Of a stretch of DNA of 64,000 bases, positions 20,301 through 29,399 are shown one piece after another. This DNA comes from Gemmatimonadales bacterium (GTDB taxonomy: Bacteria > Gemmatimonadota > Gemmatimonadetes > Gemmatimonadales > GWC2-71-9), in assembly GCA_036522815.1 (NCBI GenBank), contig DATDFC010000102.1:22056-86055 (forward strand). The letters are read 5' to 3'. The position numbers were made by a program, and so were the translations under genes. Numbering within the stretch: the stretch's first letter is position 1; each line of letters starts with the position of its first letter. A model generated the notes under the pieces. That model ran no database searches. It was not told the DNA's origin and saw only the letters and a list, made by a program, of their open reading frames with translations.

Positions 20301-20518
20301 TGGCGATGATCATCGGGATGGTCCCCATGGCGGTGGGGCTGGGCGAGGGCGGGGAGCAGAACGCGCCGCTCGGCCGCGCGGTGATCGGCGGGCTGGTGCT
20401 GGCGACCGCGGCCACGCTGTTCGTGGTCCCCGTCCTGTATTCCTTGATCCGGACCGAACCGCCGACCAGCCACCTGCTGGACGAGCGGTTCCTGGCAGAA
20501 GAGAGAGGGGAAGCGTGA
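17303..20518 (+). CDS. RND efflux transporter permease (AcrB/HAE family)
   Basis: 1071-aa, 12-TM architecture with an N-terminus typical of the family (MWIVRLALRRPYTIAVMALLILVLG) and full-length similarity. Confidence 0.9.
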   Translation: MWIVRLALRRPYTIAVMALLILVLGTLSLTRMIVDIFPAIDIPVVAVVWNYPGLSAEEMERRVVIISERGFSTTVNGIERIESQSIPGIGLLKIYFQPGTDIGGAIAQIGALSSTILRIAPPGMQPPTLVQFNASNVPVAQLTASSATLPEDRIFDYGLNFIRVRLFTIPGLSTPAPFGGRQRQVSIDIDPQALAAKGLSPADVVGALQVSNVIVPAGTARIGSTEYNVALNSSPSVVAEFERIPLKVVNGAPVLLGDVARVSDSYAPQSNIVRVNGKRATYLAILKHADASTLAVVEATRRAIPSIQAVAPEGLDLKIDFDQSLFVRAAISGVVREAILASVLVSLMIFAFLGSWRSVVIVSTSIPLAIFTAFLGLKFTNQTINIMTLGGLALAIGMLVDDATVAIENIHRNRALGKPLTVAVLDGARQVAVPAIVATLAICIVFFPVALLYGPARYLFTPLALAVVFAMLASYVLSRTLVPLLARLLMPGEEHAAATPSALQRQRDEIWERFQAGYGRALETVLAHRRFTLVTALVLAVSGVALLTVVGTDFFPAVDAGLMKLHFRAPAGTRIEETERLVEQVERRIRETIPAGELETVNDMIGVPLFYNLAFVPTDNIGAMDAEVLIALKPGHRPTERYMRALRATLPADFPGSSFYFQPADIVSQVLNFGVSAPVDVQIEGANLARSYEVARRLRDAIRTVPGAVDVHVPQVLDYPALKVQVDRVRAAQLGLTQRDVANSMLISLSSSGLIAPSFFLNPANNVNYTVAVQTPIARLASVPSLLATPLTPASGVRPADPSGAPSLAEPPEAPAVMLGNVASVSPGAAPGVVNHYTVQRVLDVEAGVEGRDLGGVVRDIRSRIAALGALPPGMRITVRGQGEVMAASFRSLGLGLILAIVLVYCLMVVLFQSWLDPFIIMAAVPGALVGILWMLALTGTTLNVESLMGSIMAVGIAVSNSILLVSFANDRRVETGGDALAAALEAGKTRLRPVLMTALAMIIGMVPMAVGLGEGGEQNAPLGRAVIGGLVLATAATLFVVPVLYSLIRTEPPTSHLLDERFLAEERGEA

Positions 20519-21636
20519 AGACCGAATTGCCGCAGTCGCGATCGGGGCGCCGCCTGCTCGTGGGGGGCGTGGTGTCGATGGTGGCCTCGGTCGCCATCGT
20601 CGCCGGGCTGCTCGCCCGCAAGGTGAGTCTGGTGCGCGCGGAGGGGCGGGCGCGCGCCGCCGCGGTGGCGGCGGGGCCGCACGTGCGCGTGGTGCGCGTG
20701 ACGGCGCCGCAGGGCGTCCAGACGCTGACGCTCTTGGGCGAGGCGCGGCCCTACGCGGCCGTCACGCTGTACGCCAAAGTCAGCGGCTACCTGCGCCAGA
20801 TCCTGGTCGACAAGGGCGACGCCGTGGGCGCGGGCCAGGTGCTCGCGGTGATCGAGTCGCCCGAGCTGGACCAGCAGTACGAGGCGGCGCTCGCCGACGC
20901 GCGCAACAAGCGCGTCAACGCCGACCGGTTCCGCGCCCTCGCGAAACAGAATGCCAGCTCGGCGCAGGAGGCCGAGCGCTATGAGACCGACGCAGCCGTG
21001 GCCGAAGCCAACCTCAAGGGCATCGAGACACTCAAGTCGTACGAGGTCATCCGGGCGCCGTTCACCGGACGCGTGACGGCGCGCTACGCCGACCCCGGCG
21101 CCCTGGTGCAGAACGCCACCAACGCGCAGACCGGTGCGCTCCCCGTCCTCACCGTGTCGGAGACGGGGCGGCTGCGCGTATACGCCTACGTGGACCAGCA
21201 GGATGCCCCCCTCGTCGGCGTCGGCACACCGGCGGAGATCACCGTGCCCGACCGGCCCGAGGGCCGGCTCACGTCGCGCGTGACGCGCGTCAGCGGGTTG
21301 CTCGACCCGCGCACGCGCACGCTGCTCGCCGAGGTGGACCTCGAGAACCAGGGCGGCGCCATTTTCCCCGGGAGCTACGTGACGGTGAAGCTCGCCGCCC
21401 GGGCGCGGGGCTACCCGGAGCTGCCGGCGGGCGCGCTGATCGTGCGCGGTGACACCACGCTCGTGGCTGTGGTGGACTCGGCTGGCCACGTCGCGTTTCG
21501 CCGCGTGGTCGTGGCGCGCGACGACGGCCAGAGCGCGCAGATCGCCGGCGGCGTGGTGCCGGGGGAGCGCGTCGCCCTGAACCTGGGGGAAAGCGTCGCC
21601 GAGGGCGCACGGGTCCAGCCGGTGGAGCAGCAGTGA
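20515..21636 (+). CDS. RND efflux periplasmic adaptor (membrane fusion protein)
   Basis: The GTG start overlaps the permease stop (GTGA). TM anchor, coiled-coil hairpin region and beta-barrel segments are typical of the HlyD/AcrA family. Confidence 0.85.
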   Translation: MKTELPQSRSGRRLLVGGVVSMVASVAIVAGLLARKVSLVRAEGRARAAAVAAGPHVRVVRVTAPQGVQTLTLLGEARPYAAVTLYAKVSGYLRQILVDKGDAVGAGQVLAVIESPELDQQYEAALADARNKRVNADRFRALAKQNASSAQEAERYETDAAVAEANLKGIETLKSYEVIRAPFTGRVTARYADPGALVQNATNAQTGALPVLTVSETGRLRVYAYVDQQDAPLVGVGTPAEITVPDRPEGRLTSRVTRVSGLLDPRTRTLLAEVDLENQGGAIFPGSYVTVKLAARARGYPELPAGALIVRGDTTLVAVVDSAGHVAFRRVVVARDDGQSAQIAGGVVPGERVALNLGESVAEGARVQPVEQQ

Positions 21637-22895
21637 TGCTGGGCGTCCTGGCGATCGTTTTCCCGCTCGCGCTCGACACGCTGCCAACTGTCTCGCTGGG
21701 CGAAGCGATCCAGCGCGCCGCCCGGCTCGATCCCGCGTACGTCGACGCGCTCGGCCAGGTGGAGAACGCCGCCTGGGCGCGGCGCGCGGCGCGCCTCGCC
21801 TTTATCGTGCCGTCGCTCGAGATCGGCGTCGACGCCACGAAATATTCGTCACCCTTCTTTAATCCCGGCACGGGCCAGCAGGGCACGAGCGCGGTGACGA
21901 CCCATGTCGCCGCGAGCTACGAGCTCCTGTCCGTGCGGAAGATCGCCGATCTCGCGGCGACCGACGCCGGGCACGAGGCCGCGGCGGCGGGGGAGCTGGC
22001 ACAACGCTTCCAGACGGCCATGGCGACGGAGGCCGACTATTACGATGTCCTGGCGAACCAGGAGCTGTTGCGGGTCGCCACGGAGCGGCTGAACCGGGCG
22101 CGGGAGCAGCTGGCGGTGGCGCGCGCCCGCGTCACTCAGGGCGTCGCCGTGCAGACGGACTCGCTGCAGGTGGCGCTGGAAGAGACGCGGGCGGAGATCG
22201 ATTCCGCGCGTCAGGCGGTGTCCCTCGCGGTGGCCCGGCTGCAGCTGGGCCGGCGCGTGGGCGCGGCCGGACCGGTGGCGGCACAGCCGCTCGATACGCT
22301 CCCGGCGCCCGCGCTGCCGATCTCGCTCGAGGAGGGCGTGGGCCTCGCGCTGCACGAGGGGCCCCGGTTCCGCATCGCGCGCGCCAACGAGCGCGTCGCG
22401 TCGGCCCTGCTCGCCGGCACCCGCGGGACGTACCTCCCCGAGCTGACGCTCTTCGGGGAGAACGAGCAGTTCGACACCCATTTCCTTCCCGAGGCGCGGA
22501 ACCTGTCGCTGGTGACGTTCCGCGTGAGCCTGCCGATCTGGACCGGGGGAGCGCGCGAGATCGCGATCAGCGAGGCGCGTGTGAACCGCGATGTCGCGCG
22601 CGCGGCTCGGGAGGACGTCGAGCGCGCCGCGCGACGCGATGTCACCGAGGCGTATGAGACCTACACCACGGCGCGCGACAACTACGCCCTGTCGATCCGG
22701 GCCCTCGCGACCGCCGCCGAGAATTTCCGGGTGCAGGACCAGCGCTATCGCGCCGGCGCGACGACCATCCTCGAGCTGGTGGATGCGCAGGTGCAGCTGA
22801 CCCAGGCGGGATCGGACGTCGTGCAGACGCGTTACGCCACGCGACTCGCGCTCGCCGGCCTGGAGGCGATCCTGGGACGGAGGCTGTTCGGCTAG
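21633..22895 (+). CDS. TolC-family outer-membrane efflux protein
   Basis: Overlaps the adaptor stop. Two OEP-type helical repeats are present (ELLRVATERLNRAREQLAVARARV...; ILELVDAQVQLTQAGSDVVQTRY). Confidence 0.85.
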   Translation: MMLGVLAIVFPLALDTLPTVSLGEAIQRAARLDPAYVDALGQVENAAWARRAARLAFIVPSLEIGVDATKYSSPFFNPGTGQQGTSAVTTHVAASYELLSVRKIADLAATDAGHEAAAAGELAQRFQTAMATEADYYDVLANQELLRVATERLNRAREQLAVARARVTQGVAVQTDSLQVALEETRAEIDSARQAVSLAVARLQLGRRVGAAGPVAAQPLDTLPAPALPISLEEGVGLALHEGPRFRIARANERVASALLAGTRGTYLPELTLFGENEQFDTHFLPEARNLSLVTFRVSLPIWTGGAREIAISEARVNRDVARAAREDVERAARRDVTEAYETYTTARDNYALSIRALATAAENFRVQDQRYRAGATTILELVDAQVQLTQAGSDVVQTRYATRLALAGLEAILGRRLFG

Positions 22896-22896
22896 G

Positions 22897-23703
22897 CTAG
22901 CTGCCGGCCGCCGTGCTGGGCGTGCCGTCGCCCCAGTTCGGCGGGAGTCGCATCCGGGCGAGCTGCTCGGCGGGCCCCGCTTCCCGGGCGCGCCGGGGCG
23001 TCTCGTCGCGATGCACGTACACGCTCCTCGCCAGCAGTCCCGGCCACCCCAGCTGATGCCGCGTGATGGTGCCGAAACGCCGCCAGCCGGCTGCTTCCGC
23101 CCATGCACGCACCATCCGGTGGCTCTCGTGGATGTGCATGACGAGCGTTTGCAGCCCGGCCCGCCGCGCCTCGTCGAACAGTGCGTGCGAGAAGTCCGTG
23201 GCGACGCTGGAAAACCGGGCCGCCGCAAACGCGAACAGGTTGTCGACCTGCCCGGTGCCGCGCGGCAAGGGCCCGTACAGCCCCGCCCACCCGTTCAAGC
23301 GCCGCAGCTGACGGTGGTCCTCCGTCAGGAGCAGCCACTGGATACAGAGCGGCCCGTCCGGGCCGATCCAGATGTACGCGCGCCGCAGTCCCTCATCCCA
23401 GAACCGCAGCCCCGACTTGAAGTTGGTCTCCGCCCGATCGGGGCGCTGCCGCAGCTCGCCGATGATCGGGTCGGTCACGCGCGTCAGCCGCACGTGCGGC
23501 GGCGGCGCAGGGGTGTTGGCCAGGTCGATGCGGTAGCGGATCCACCGCTGCCGCAGCACAAGACGCGGGAAGGCCGCCCGCGCGAGCCGCAGCAAGCCTG
23601 TCACCGCCAGGCGCACGGGGGCCCGGCCGCGCCAACAGGCCCGGCCGAGACAGAGCCACTCGCTGGTGTCGTGGGTCATGGATGCGTGGCGATGCCGCTG
23701 CAA
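22897..23703 (-). CDS. hypothetical protein, weakly GNAT-acetyltransferase-like
   Basis: The C-terminal half resembles a GNAT fold (DEARRAGLQTLVMHIHESHRMVRAWAEAAGWRRFG). The start is uncertain (ATG at 23703 or 23679). Confidence 0.4.
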   Translation of the reverse strand: MQRHRHASMTHDTSEWLCLGRACWRGRAPVRLAVTGLLRLARAAFPRLVLRQRWIRYRIDLANTPAPPPHVRLTRVTDPIIGELRQRPDRAETNFKSGLRFWDEGLRRAYIWIGPDGPLCIQWLLLTEDHRQLRRLNGWAGLYGPLPRGTGQVDNLFAFAAARFSSVATDFSHALFDEARRAGLQTLVMHIHESHRMVRAWAEAAGWRRFGTITRHQLGWPGLLARSVYVHRDETPRRAREAGPAEQLARMRLPPNWGDGTPSTAAGS

Positions 23704-23843
23704 TTCCCGCGCACACTCTCGCCATGCGCGTAAGCGGGTGCCCCACCGCCAGATAGGGCGATAGATTCAACGTGTGACGTGGCGTTGGTGCTGCAGCCAA
23801 GGAGTCATCTGCTGCCTAGACGCAACACCCAGTGCGCTGCGGC

Positions 23844-25535
23844 CTACTGGCGGCATGGCGCGTTGGGATCCGGTTTGGGGTGGTCCACCGCTACCCGGTG
23901 ATCCAAGGCGGCCACGCGCACGGCGACGTCTGCGACCAGGTTGGCCACCCGGGCCATGTGCTCGTAGTCGATGTATTCAGGCTCGTCCGAGACCTGGTGG
24001 TAGTCGGAATGCAGGCCGGTGGTGAAGAACGTGATCGGGATGCCGTAGCGCGCGTATTCGTAGTGGTCCGAGCGACAGTAGATGTTGGACGGGTGGCCGT
24101 CGGCATCGATCGCGTAGTCGAACACGAGTCCGTGGCGGCCCGCCCGGTTGACTTGCTCCACCAGATCGCCCAGCTCGGTCGAGAGGCGGCGCGAGCCGAC
24201 GAGCTGGACGTAGCCGGGGCCGCCGTGCAGCGGCGCTCCGTCCTTGGTGCGCCCCGTTTCGTCGCCGGCGGCGCCGCGGCCGACCATGTCCATGTTCAGC
24301 TGCGCCACGATCGAGTCGCGCGGCACGGTCGGGTGATCGGTGAAGTAGCGCGACCCCAGCAGGCCCTTCTCCTCGCCGGTGTGCCACACGAACAGGATGG
24401 ACCGCTTCGGTTTGCGCTTGAGCGAAGCGATTCGCTCCGCGATCTCGAGCGCCGCCACGGAGCCGGAGCCGTCATCGTCGGCGCCGTTGGCGATCGAGTC
24501 GACGCGGCTCCGGCCCGGATGCCCCGATCGGAACCGGGCGAGCAGGGAGTCGACGCCCGCCTGCTGCTCGGGCGTGGCCTGCTTGCCGGCGTCGTCGGCG
24601 CCCTCCGGGCGCACCACGTGATTCCAGATGCGGATCGAGTCGTGGTCCACGGCGCCGCGGCTGAGCCCGATGTGATCGTTGTGCGCGCCGATGGCGACGT
24701 ACTCGCTCTTGAGTTTCGGATCGCTGCCGGGCACGATGCCGACGACGTTGCGCGCGGGATCCGCGATCGGCACCACGTCGAACCGCACAGCGACGGCGGC
24801 GGTCGTGCCGGCCGCACCGGGGGTGAGCTGCTCCAGCGGTGTGGTGAACATCCTGGCCGCGGTGGCGCCGCTGATGAGGAATACCGGGGGCTGCGTCGCC
24901 AGCGCCGCGGGGGTATCGTCGAGCACCGTGCGCGGGCGCCGCAGGAACGCGAGGGCCTGTGGCGTGAGACTGTCCAGGGCGACGAGCGCGACGGCCGCGG
25001 CGCCCGGCACGCCCGGCGCGGCCCGCAGCGGGCGCAGTCCCAGCCCCCTGCCGTGCACCCGCAACACGACCAGCTTTCCGCTCGCCTGCTCCGGCGCGAT
25101 CAGCGCGGACGAGTCGCCCACCTCGCCGCCGAACACGATGGCGAGCGACTGGCTCTCGAGCGACCGCGGTCCGACCGGCACGTAATCGATGAACGCCGTG
25201 AGGGGAGCTCCCGCGACCGCGAACGTGGACGTCGTGTCGAACGTGCGCGTCTTGAGCGGGATCGTCTGGAAGTAGGTGCCGTCGTCTCCCGCCGGCACGA
25301 GGCCCGCGCGCTTGATCTCGGCCGCGATGTAGTCGGTGCCTTTGACGTTGCCGATCGTCCCGGCCTCGCGCCCCTGCATCGAATCGTCGGCGAAGATGTA
25401 CAGCCGCGTCATCAAGTCGCCGGGCGTGATCGCCGGGACCGTCGGCGCCGGCCGGTGGGTGCGCGGCAGCTCGGACTGGGCTCGGCCGACGGCCGGCGCG
25501 CACAGCGCGAGCAGCAACAGGCAAGGGCGATGCAT
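23844..25535 (-). CDS. M28-family metallopeptidase, exported
   Basis: ATG at 25535 (MHRPCLLLLALCAPAVGRAQS, signal peptide). M28 metal-ligand blocks are present (GAHNDH, NGADDDGSGSVAALE, FVWHTGEEKGLLGS, HSDYHQVSD). Confidence 0.85.
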   Translation of the reverse strand: MHRPCLLLLALCAPAVGRAQSELPRTHRPAPTVPAITPGDLMTRLYIFADDSMQGREAGTIGNVKGTDYIAAEIKRAGLVPAGDDGTYFQTIPLKTRTFDTTSTFAVAGAPLTAFIDYVPVGPRSLESQSLAIVFGGEVGDSSALIAPEQASGKLVVLRVHGRGLGLRPLRAAPGVPGAAAVALVALDSLTPQALAFLRRPRTVLDDTPAALATQPPVFLISGATAARMFTTPLEQLTPGAAGTTAAVAVRFDVVPIADPARNVVGIVPGSDPKLKSEYVAIGAHNDHIGLSRGAVDHDSIRIWNHVVRPEGADDAGKQATPEQQAGVDSLLARFRSGHPGRSRVDSIANGADDDGSGSVAALEIAERIASLKRKPKRSILFVWHTGEEKGLLGSRYFTDHPTVPRDSIVAQLNMDMVGRGAAGDETGRTKDGAPLHGGPGYVQLVGSRRLSTELGDLVEQVNRAGRHGLVFDYAIDADGHPSNIYCRSDHYEYARYGIPITFFTTGLHSDYHQVSDEPEYIDYEHMARVANLVADVAVRVAALDHRVAVDHPKPDPNAPCRQ

Positions 25536-25573
25536 GCGGATCTCCGAACGAGAGGACGTGACGACCGCGGCGC

Positions 25574-27259
25574 TCAGCGCCGCGGTCGGTGCTGCTCGAT
25601 GTGGCGGGCCATAATGCGCATCAGCTCCGCGTTGGTCCACGGCTGCCAGCCGTGCGGCTTGAGCGGGCGCCCGTACGCGACCTCGGCGGCGGCGGCGGGG
25701 TGCGCGCGCTTGAGGAACTCCTCGAGGCGATAGACGGCGAGATTCAGGTAGAACGTGTCCATGTCCCCCACGAAGACATGGAGCTGCCCCTTGAGCTTGG
25801 GGCCGAGTGTGGCCCAGTTCCGCTCCAGATAATCGCGCAGGTCGTAATCGTGGGCCTTGAAGTACTCGGCTACCGCATGGTCGATCTTGCCCGTCGCGAG
25901 GTTCCACAACTCCGCGGGATAGCCGTCGGGGCCGACCGGACCGTACGTCGCCTCCCAGATGGCGAACTGCTCGCCCGAGCGCGCGCGGCTGCCCAGCACC
26001 GCCTCGAACTGGCTCTCCTGGCGCACGCTGATGCGCGGCTGCCCCGTGACCTCCTGCTCGGCCGGCACGTCGTAGCTCATCCATCCGGCCACGGGATGCA
26101 CGAACGCGCTCGTGTCGCTGTAGATGTCGGGGATCTCGTAATTCCGGAAGTCGACCGGGTCCGGATACAGCACCCACGTTCCCCCGAAAAAGTCCGGATG
26201 ATACAGCTGCAGGGCGAGCGCCTCCCAGCCACCAGTGGAGCCACCGGTGAGCAAGCGCGCCCAAGGCGCCCGGATCATGCGGAAGTGGTCTTCCAGATAG
26301 GGAATGAGCTCCCGCAGGATCGCGTCGCCGTAGGGTCCGTTGTTCGCGGAGTTCACGGCGTAGGAGTCGTCGAAGTAGGGCGTCGGATGCTGGAACGTGA
26401 CGGCGATCAGGCGCGGGAACTGCGCTGAGCTCCACGCCTGGTAGAACTCGTACCCGGGCTCGCGCGCCGTGCGCGCCAGCCGGGCCGTCCGCTGCTCCGG
26501 CGTCTCGACGCTCGAATCGGTCGAGAATCCGAACGGCGGTCGGAGATTGAAATGTCCCTGCTCGTACACCGTGGCGTAGCGGCGCGCCGTGTCGGTCTCG
26601 TAGCCGCGCGGCAGTAGCACCGTGGCGCCCAGGTACATGGGACGCCCCCACCAGGCCGTGAGCATCTCGCTCCGGATCTTGATGTGCTTCACCCATTTCG
26701 TGTCCGGCGGCAGCTCGATCGGTGGCAGCGCGCGGGTGAGCTCGAGCCGCACCGTATCCGGCGCGGCCGGATCGAGGTGCACCTTGCGCACCTCGCTCAC
26801 CAGGTTGCCGGGAGACTTGTTGAACTGCTGCCCCTCCCACTGGTCGTCATGCAGCCAGAGGGTGTGCCCGTCGGCGCGGTGGAACTCCGAGTAGACGTTG
26901 AGCAGCCCCTGCACGTAATAGTCGCCGGCGGGAATCTCCTTGAGGCTCGCGACCGGATAGCCGAGCGTGGCGGCGTCGATCACGCCCGCGGTACCGGCCG
27001 GGAGCGCCGTCACGTCGACGCCGAAGAAGGGCGTGCAATCGCTTTCGTGCCGGACCTGGAGGCGGGGTTCGGCGTCGTCGCCGCGGCTCACGAAGACGTA
27101 CATGCGGCCCGTGACCGGTGTGGCCCGGAGCGCCGCGGAGACCCGGATCTCGATGCGCTGTGCGGCTGATGGGGACGCGAAGGCGACGGTGACGAGAGAC
27201 GCGAGCGTAGCGAGCCGCAACGGACCAGTCCTGGAAGGGGCGCGGTACAGTGACCTCAT
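25574..27259 (-). CDS. exported esterase (esterase-D / enterochelin-esterase-like alpha/beta hydrolase)
   Basis: Signal peptide. The C-terminal half has a nucleophile elbow LLTGGSTGGWEAL within an esterase-like context. Confidence 0.7.
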   Translation of the reverse strand: MRSLYRAPSRTGPLRLATLASLVTVAFASPSAAQRIEIRVSAALRATPVTGRMYVFVSRGDDAEPRLQVRHESDCTPFFGVDVTALPAGTAGVIDAATLGYPVASLKEIPAGDYYVQGLLNVYSEFHRADGHTLWLHDDQWEGQQFNKSPGNLVSEVRKVHLDPAAPDTVRLELTRALPPIELPPDTKWVKHIKIRSEMLTAWWGRPMYLGATVLLPRGYETDTARRYATVYEQGHFNLRPPFGFSTDSSVETPEQRTARLARTAREPGYEFYQAWSSAQFPRLIAVTFQHPTPYFDDSYAVNSANNGPYGDAILRELIPYLEDHFRMIRAPWARLLTGGSTGGWEALALQLYHPDFFGGTWVLYPDPVDFRNYEIPDIYSDTSAFVHPVAGWMSYDVPAEQEVTGQPRISVRQESQFEAVLGSRARSGEQFAIWEATYGPVGPDGYPAELWNLATGKIDHAVAEYFKAHDYDLRDYLERNWATLGPKLKGQLHVFVGDMDTFYLNLAVYRLEEFLKRAHPAAAAEVAYGRPLKPHGWQPWTNAELMRIMARHIEQHRPRR

Positions 27260-27295
27260 ACGCGCCGGTTGGCAAGGAGCGGGGGGACGCCGTCT

Positions 27296-27327
27296 CCAAA
27301 AGAAAGAGGGCGGCCTCTGCCGCCCTC
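27296..27327 (-). terminator. rho-independent terminator after the ABM-like gene
   Basis: 9-bp stem GAGGGCGGC (27306-27314) / GCCGCCCTC (27319-27327) with loop CTCT. On the minus strand it is followed by TTTCTTTT (27298-27305). Confidence 0.65.
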
Positions 27328-27371
27328 CTCCTCCGAAACAGACCGGTCCGCTTACCGCGGATCAGTCGACT

Positions 27372-27686
27372 CTAGCTGCGAGCGGCGATCTTGTGGAACG
27401 TGGAGTTGGACACGTCGAAGCTGGCCACCTCGGGCGTTCCCTCGACCACCTTCGCCAGACCCTTCAGCACTTCGGGATACGTCTCGCGCGCATAGGCTTC
27501 CGCGCTCTCTTTGCGGTCCCACAGACTGATGGCAAGTGCTTCCTTGCCGTCCTGGGCAACGAACGTGATCTCGTCCGCGAACCCTGTGCGCTTCCGAAGC
27601 AGGGGCAGGATGTCCTTCTCGAGCGTCTGCGTGAACTCACCCACCGTATTGGGCTTCAGGTGCATCGTGACATTGCGTGCGTACAT
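27372..27686 (-). CDS. ABM/Dabb-like small ferredoxin-fold protein
   Basis: ATG at 27686 (MYARNVTMHLKPNTVGEF...ISLWDRKESAEAY), about 104 aa. This pattern is typical of antibiotic-biosynthesis-monooxygenase-like domains. Confidence 0.6.
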   Translation of the reverse strand: MYARNVTMHLKPNTVGEFTQTLEKDILPLLRKRTGFADEITFVAQDGKEALAISLWDRKESAEAYARETYPEVLKGLAKVVEGTPEVASFDVSNSTFHKIAARS

Positions 27687-27833
27687 GTGGCGACTCCTTG
27701 GCAACCAACATGAACCTCTGCGACAACGGGCACTGCGTGAGCTTGCCCAACGTACCGTACTTTACTAGATTTGTCAAGTAGGGACCTGCATGAGCAGTAC
27801 TGTTTTACCAACCATTGTTAATGAGGGAGAGGG

Positions 27834-28715
27834 GTGCCAGTGGACGTGCCTTTTGTGATTCGTCAGCGGCTGGAGGAACTGGGGTTGGAGCAGCGCGATC
27901 TCGCCCGCGCCGCCCGCGTGACCGAGTCCTACATCTCGCAGCTGCTCACACGGCGCAAGTCGCCCCCCGCCCCGAACCGCACCGACATTTACGACCGGAT
28001 GGACAAGTTCCTGCGATTGCCCACCGGGGAGCTGGCCCGGCTGGCGGAGCTGCAACGCAAGCAGCAGCTCAAGCGCGAGCTGGGCGACGAGCCCGCGGCC
28101 CTGCTGGGCGAAGTTCGCGAGCTGATCTTGCGAAAGTGTAACCCCGACAAGGAACGCCAGATTCGCGCGATCTTCGAGCAGCAACCCCTGGGTGAGCTGG
28201 AGCGACTGATCACGGCGAAAGTCTTGGAAGTGGCGAAGCAGCTGGCCCGGCTGGAATTGGACAACGAATACTGGATCCGCATGATGGCGCAGCTCGGCGG
28301 CCGCAGTTACGAAGAGATGCGTGTGATCGTGCTCGAGTTCCTCGATAGCGACATCTTCCACGTGTCGGCCGAGAACTGCGTGTCGTTCCTGGGCCCGCTG
28401 ATCGAGTCGTGGGACATCGACCTCGCCACGTTCGCACTGCAAATCGTCCTGAACCGACAGATAGCGGCCGGCCATGTGAAGCGCTTCGAGTTCATCGAAC
28501 GGGAATTCGACGAGCCCGCGAGCGAGGAGCCGGGGCTCACGGCGTTCCTGCACGACCCCGCCCTGAGCGGCACGGCGACGGTGGAGGAGCTGGCGTTTCT
28601 CAAGCGGCTGCGGTTCACCCACAAGCGGCCGACGCCGCTGTTTTACTACCGCGAGCTCCAGAGCCTGCGGGATCCTCTGCACTTTCGGACCCCGCCGTCC
28701 GGCGAACCTCGCTAG
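27834..28715 (+). CDS. XRE-family HTH protein with ~220-aa uncharacterised C-terminal domain
   Basis: N-terminal HTH (IRQRLEELGLEQRDLARAARVTESYISQLLTRRK). GTG start preceded by GGGAGAGGGG. The C-terminal domain matches nothing I recognise. Confidence 0.7.
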   Translation: MPVDVPFVIRQRLEELGLEQRDLARAARVTESYISQLLTRRKSPPAPNRTDIYDRMDKFLRLPTGELARLAELQRKQQLKRELGDEPAALLGEVRELILRKCNPDKERQIRAIFEQQPLGELERLITAKVLEVAKQLARLELDNEYWIRMMAQLGGRSYEEMRVIVLEFLDSDIFHVSAENCVSFLGPLIESWDIDLATFALQIVLNRQIAAGHVKRFEFIEREFDEPASEEPGLTAFLHDPALSGTATVEELAFLKRLRFTHKRPTPLFYYRELQSLRDPLHFRTPPSGEPR

Positions 28716-29323
28716 GGCCGTCCCAGGACGGCCCGCGCGATCCGCAGCACGATCGGCGCGACCTGCGCGGGCGTCCGCGTCGGCCCGGCGAGCAGGTCGA
28801 ACGTCTCGAATCCCGTGAGTGCGAACAGGGCGTCGATGGTCTCCTCCGGCGAGGCCGCCGCGGGCCCAGCGGCGCGCTCCCGCAAGCGACCCACGATCAC
28901 CCGCAGTCCCTGACGCCGCCATTCCTGCCGGGCCCGCAAGGTTCGCTCGAGCCCTGGGTCCAGCGCCGCCAGCGCCAGCAGGCGCCGGTGAATCGGCCGG
29001 TGCGCCGTCCAGAAGCGGGCGAAGGTCGCCACGAACCGCCCCAGCGCCTCATGCGGATCGGGCTGGCGGAAGGCATCCGCCAGCTCCCACATCCCGCCCT
29101 GGCGGGCGAGATCGTCGAACAGCGCCTCGAGCAGCTTGGACCGCGAGCCGAAGCGCTGATACACGGTCACCCGGGTGACGCGTGCCCGCCGGGCGACCGC
29201 CTCGATGCTGAACGCGCCGGCGCCGCGGGCGACGAGCAGCGCGCGCGCGGCCTTGAGGATGCGGGCCCGGGTGCGGTCGACCGCCTTCTGGCGGCGGCCC
29301 AGCCGGTAGGGCCGCCGGGTCAC
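28712..29323 (-). CDS. TetR-family transcriptional regulator
   Basis: TetR HTH (RILKAARALLVARGAGAFSIEAVARRARVTRVTVYQRFGSRSKLL). GTG at 29323 is chosen as the start (alternative TTG at 29350). The rest of ORF 28712-30142 is rejected. Confidence 0.8.
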   Translation of the reverse strand: MTRRPYRLGRRQKAVDRTRARILKAARALLVARGAGAFSIEAVARRARVTRVTVYQRFGSRSKLLEALFDDLARQGGMWELADAFRQPDPHEALGRFVATFARFWTAHRPIHRRLLALAALDPGLERTLRARQEWRRQGLRVIVGRLRERAAGPAAASPEETIDALFALTGFETFDLLAGPTRTPAQVAPIVLRIARAVLGRP

Positions 29324-29355
29324 GGGACGGGGTGCCTTGATAGGAAACAATTTAG

Positions 29356-29372
29356 CTATACATATCGTATAG
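29356..29372. promoter_or_regulatory. candidate TetR operator palindrome
   Basis: CTATAC-ATATC-GTATAG, with perfect 6-bp arms, lies in an unusually AT-rich 76-bp divergent spacer between the TetR gene and the 29400 gene. Confidence 0.5.
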
Positions 29373-29399
29373 TCAATTATACTCCACCGGAGGTGTCCC

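Noticed and set aside
17210-20473. 1087-aa minus-strand ORF (and 20038-21687, 21849-23228 minus)
   Set aside because: These are antisense to the RND permease, adaptor and outer-membrane genes. Their extreme Arg/His/Asp/Gly composition and the strong family similarity of the plus-strand products argue against them.
23844-26840. 998-aa minus-strand ORF as one gene
   Set aside because: Only the C-terminal 563 aa (from ATG 25535, with signal peptide) match M28 peptidases. The N-terminal part is an out-of-frame read through the esterase gene (25574-27259), which has its own convincing frame.
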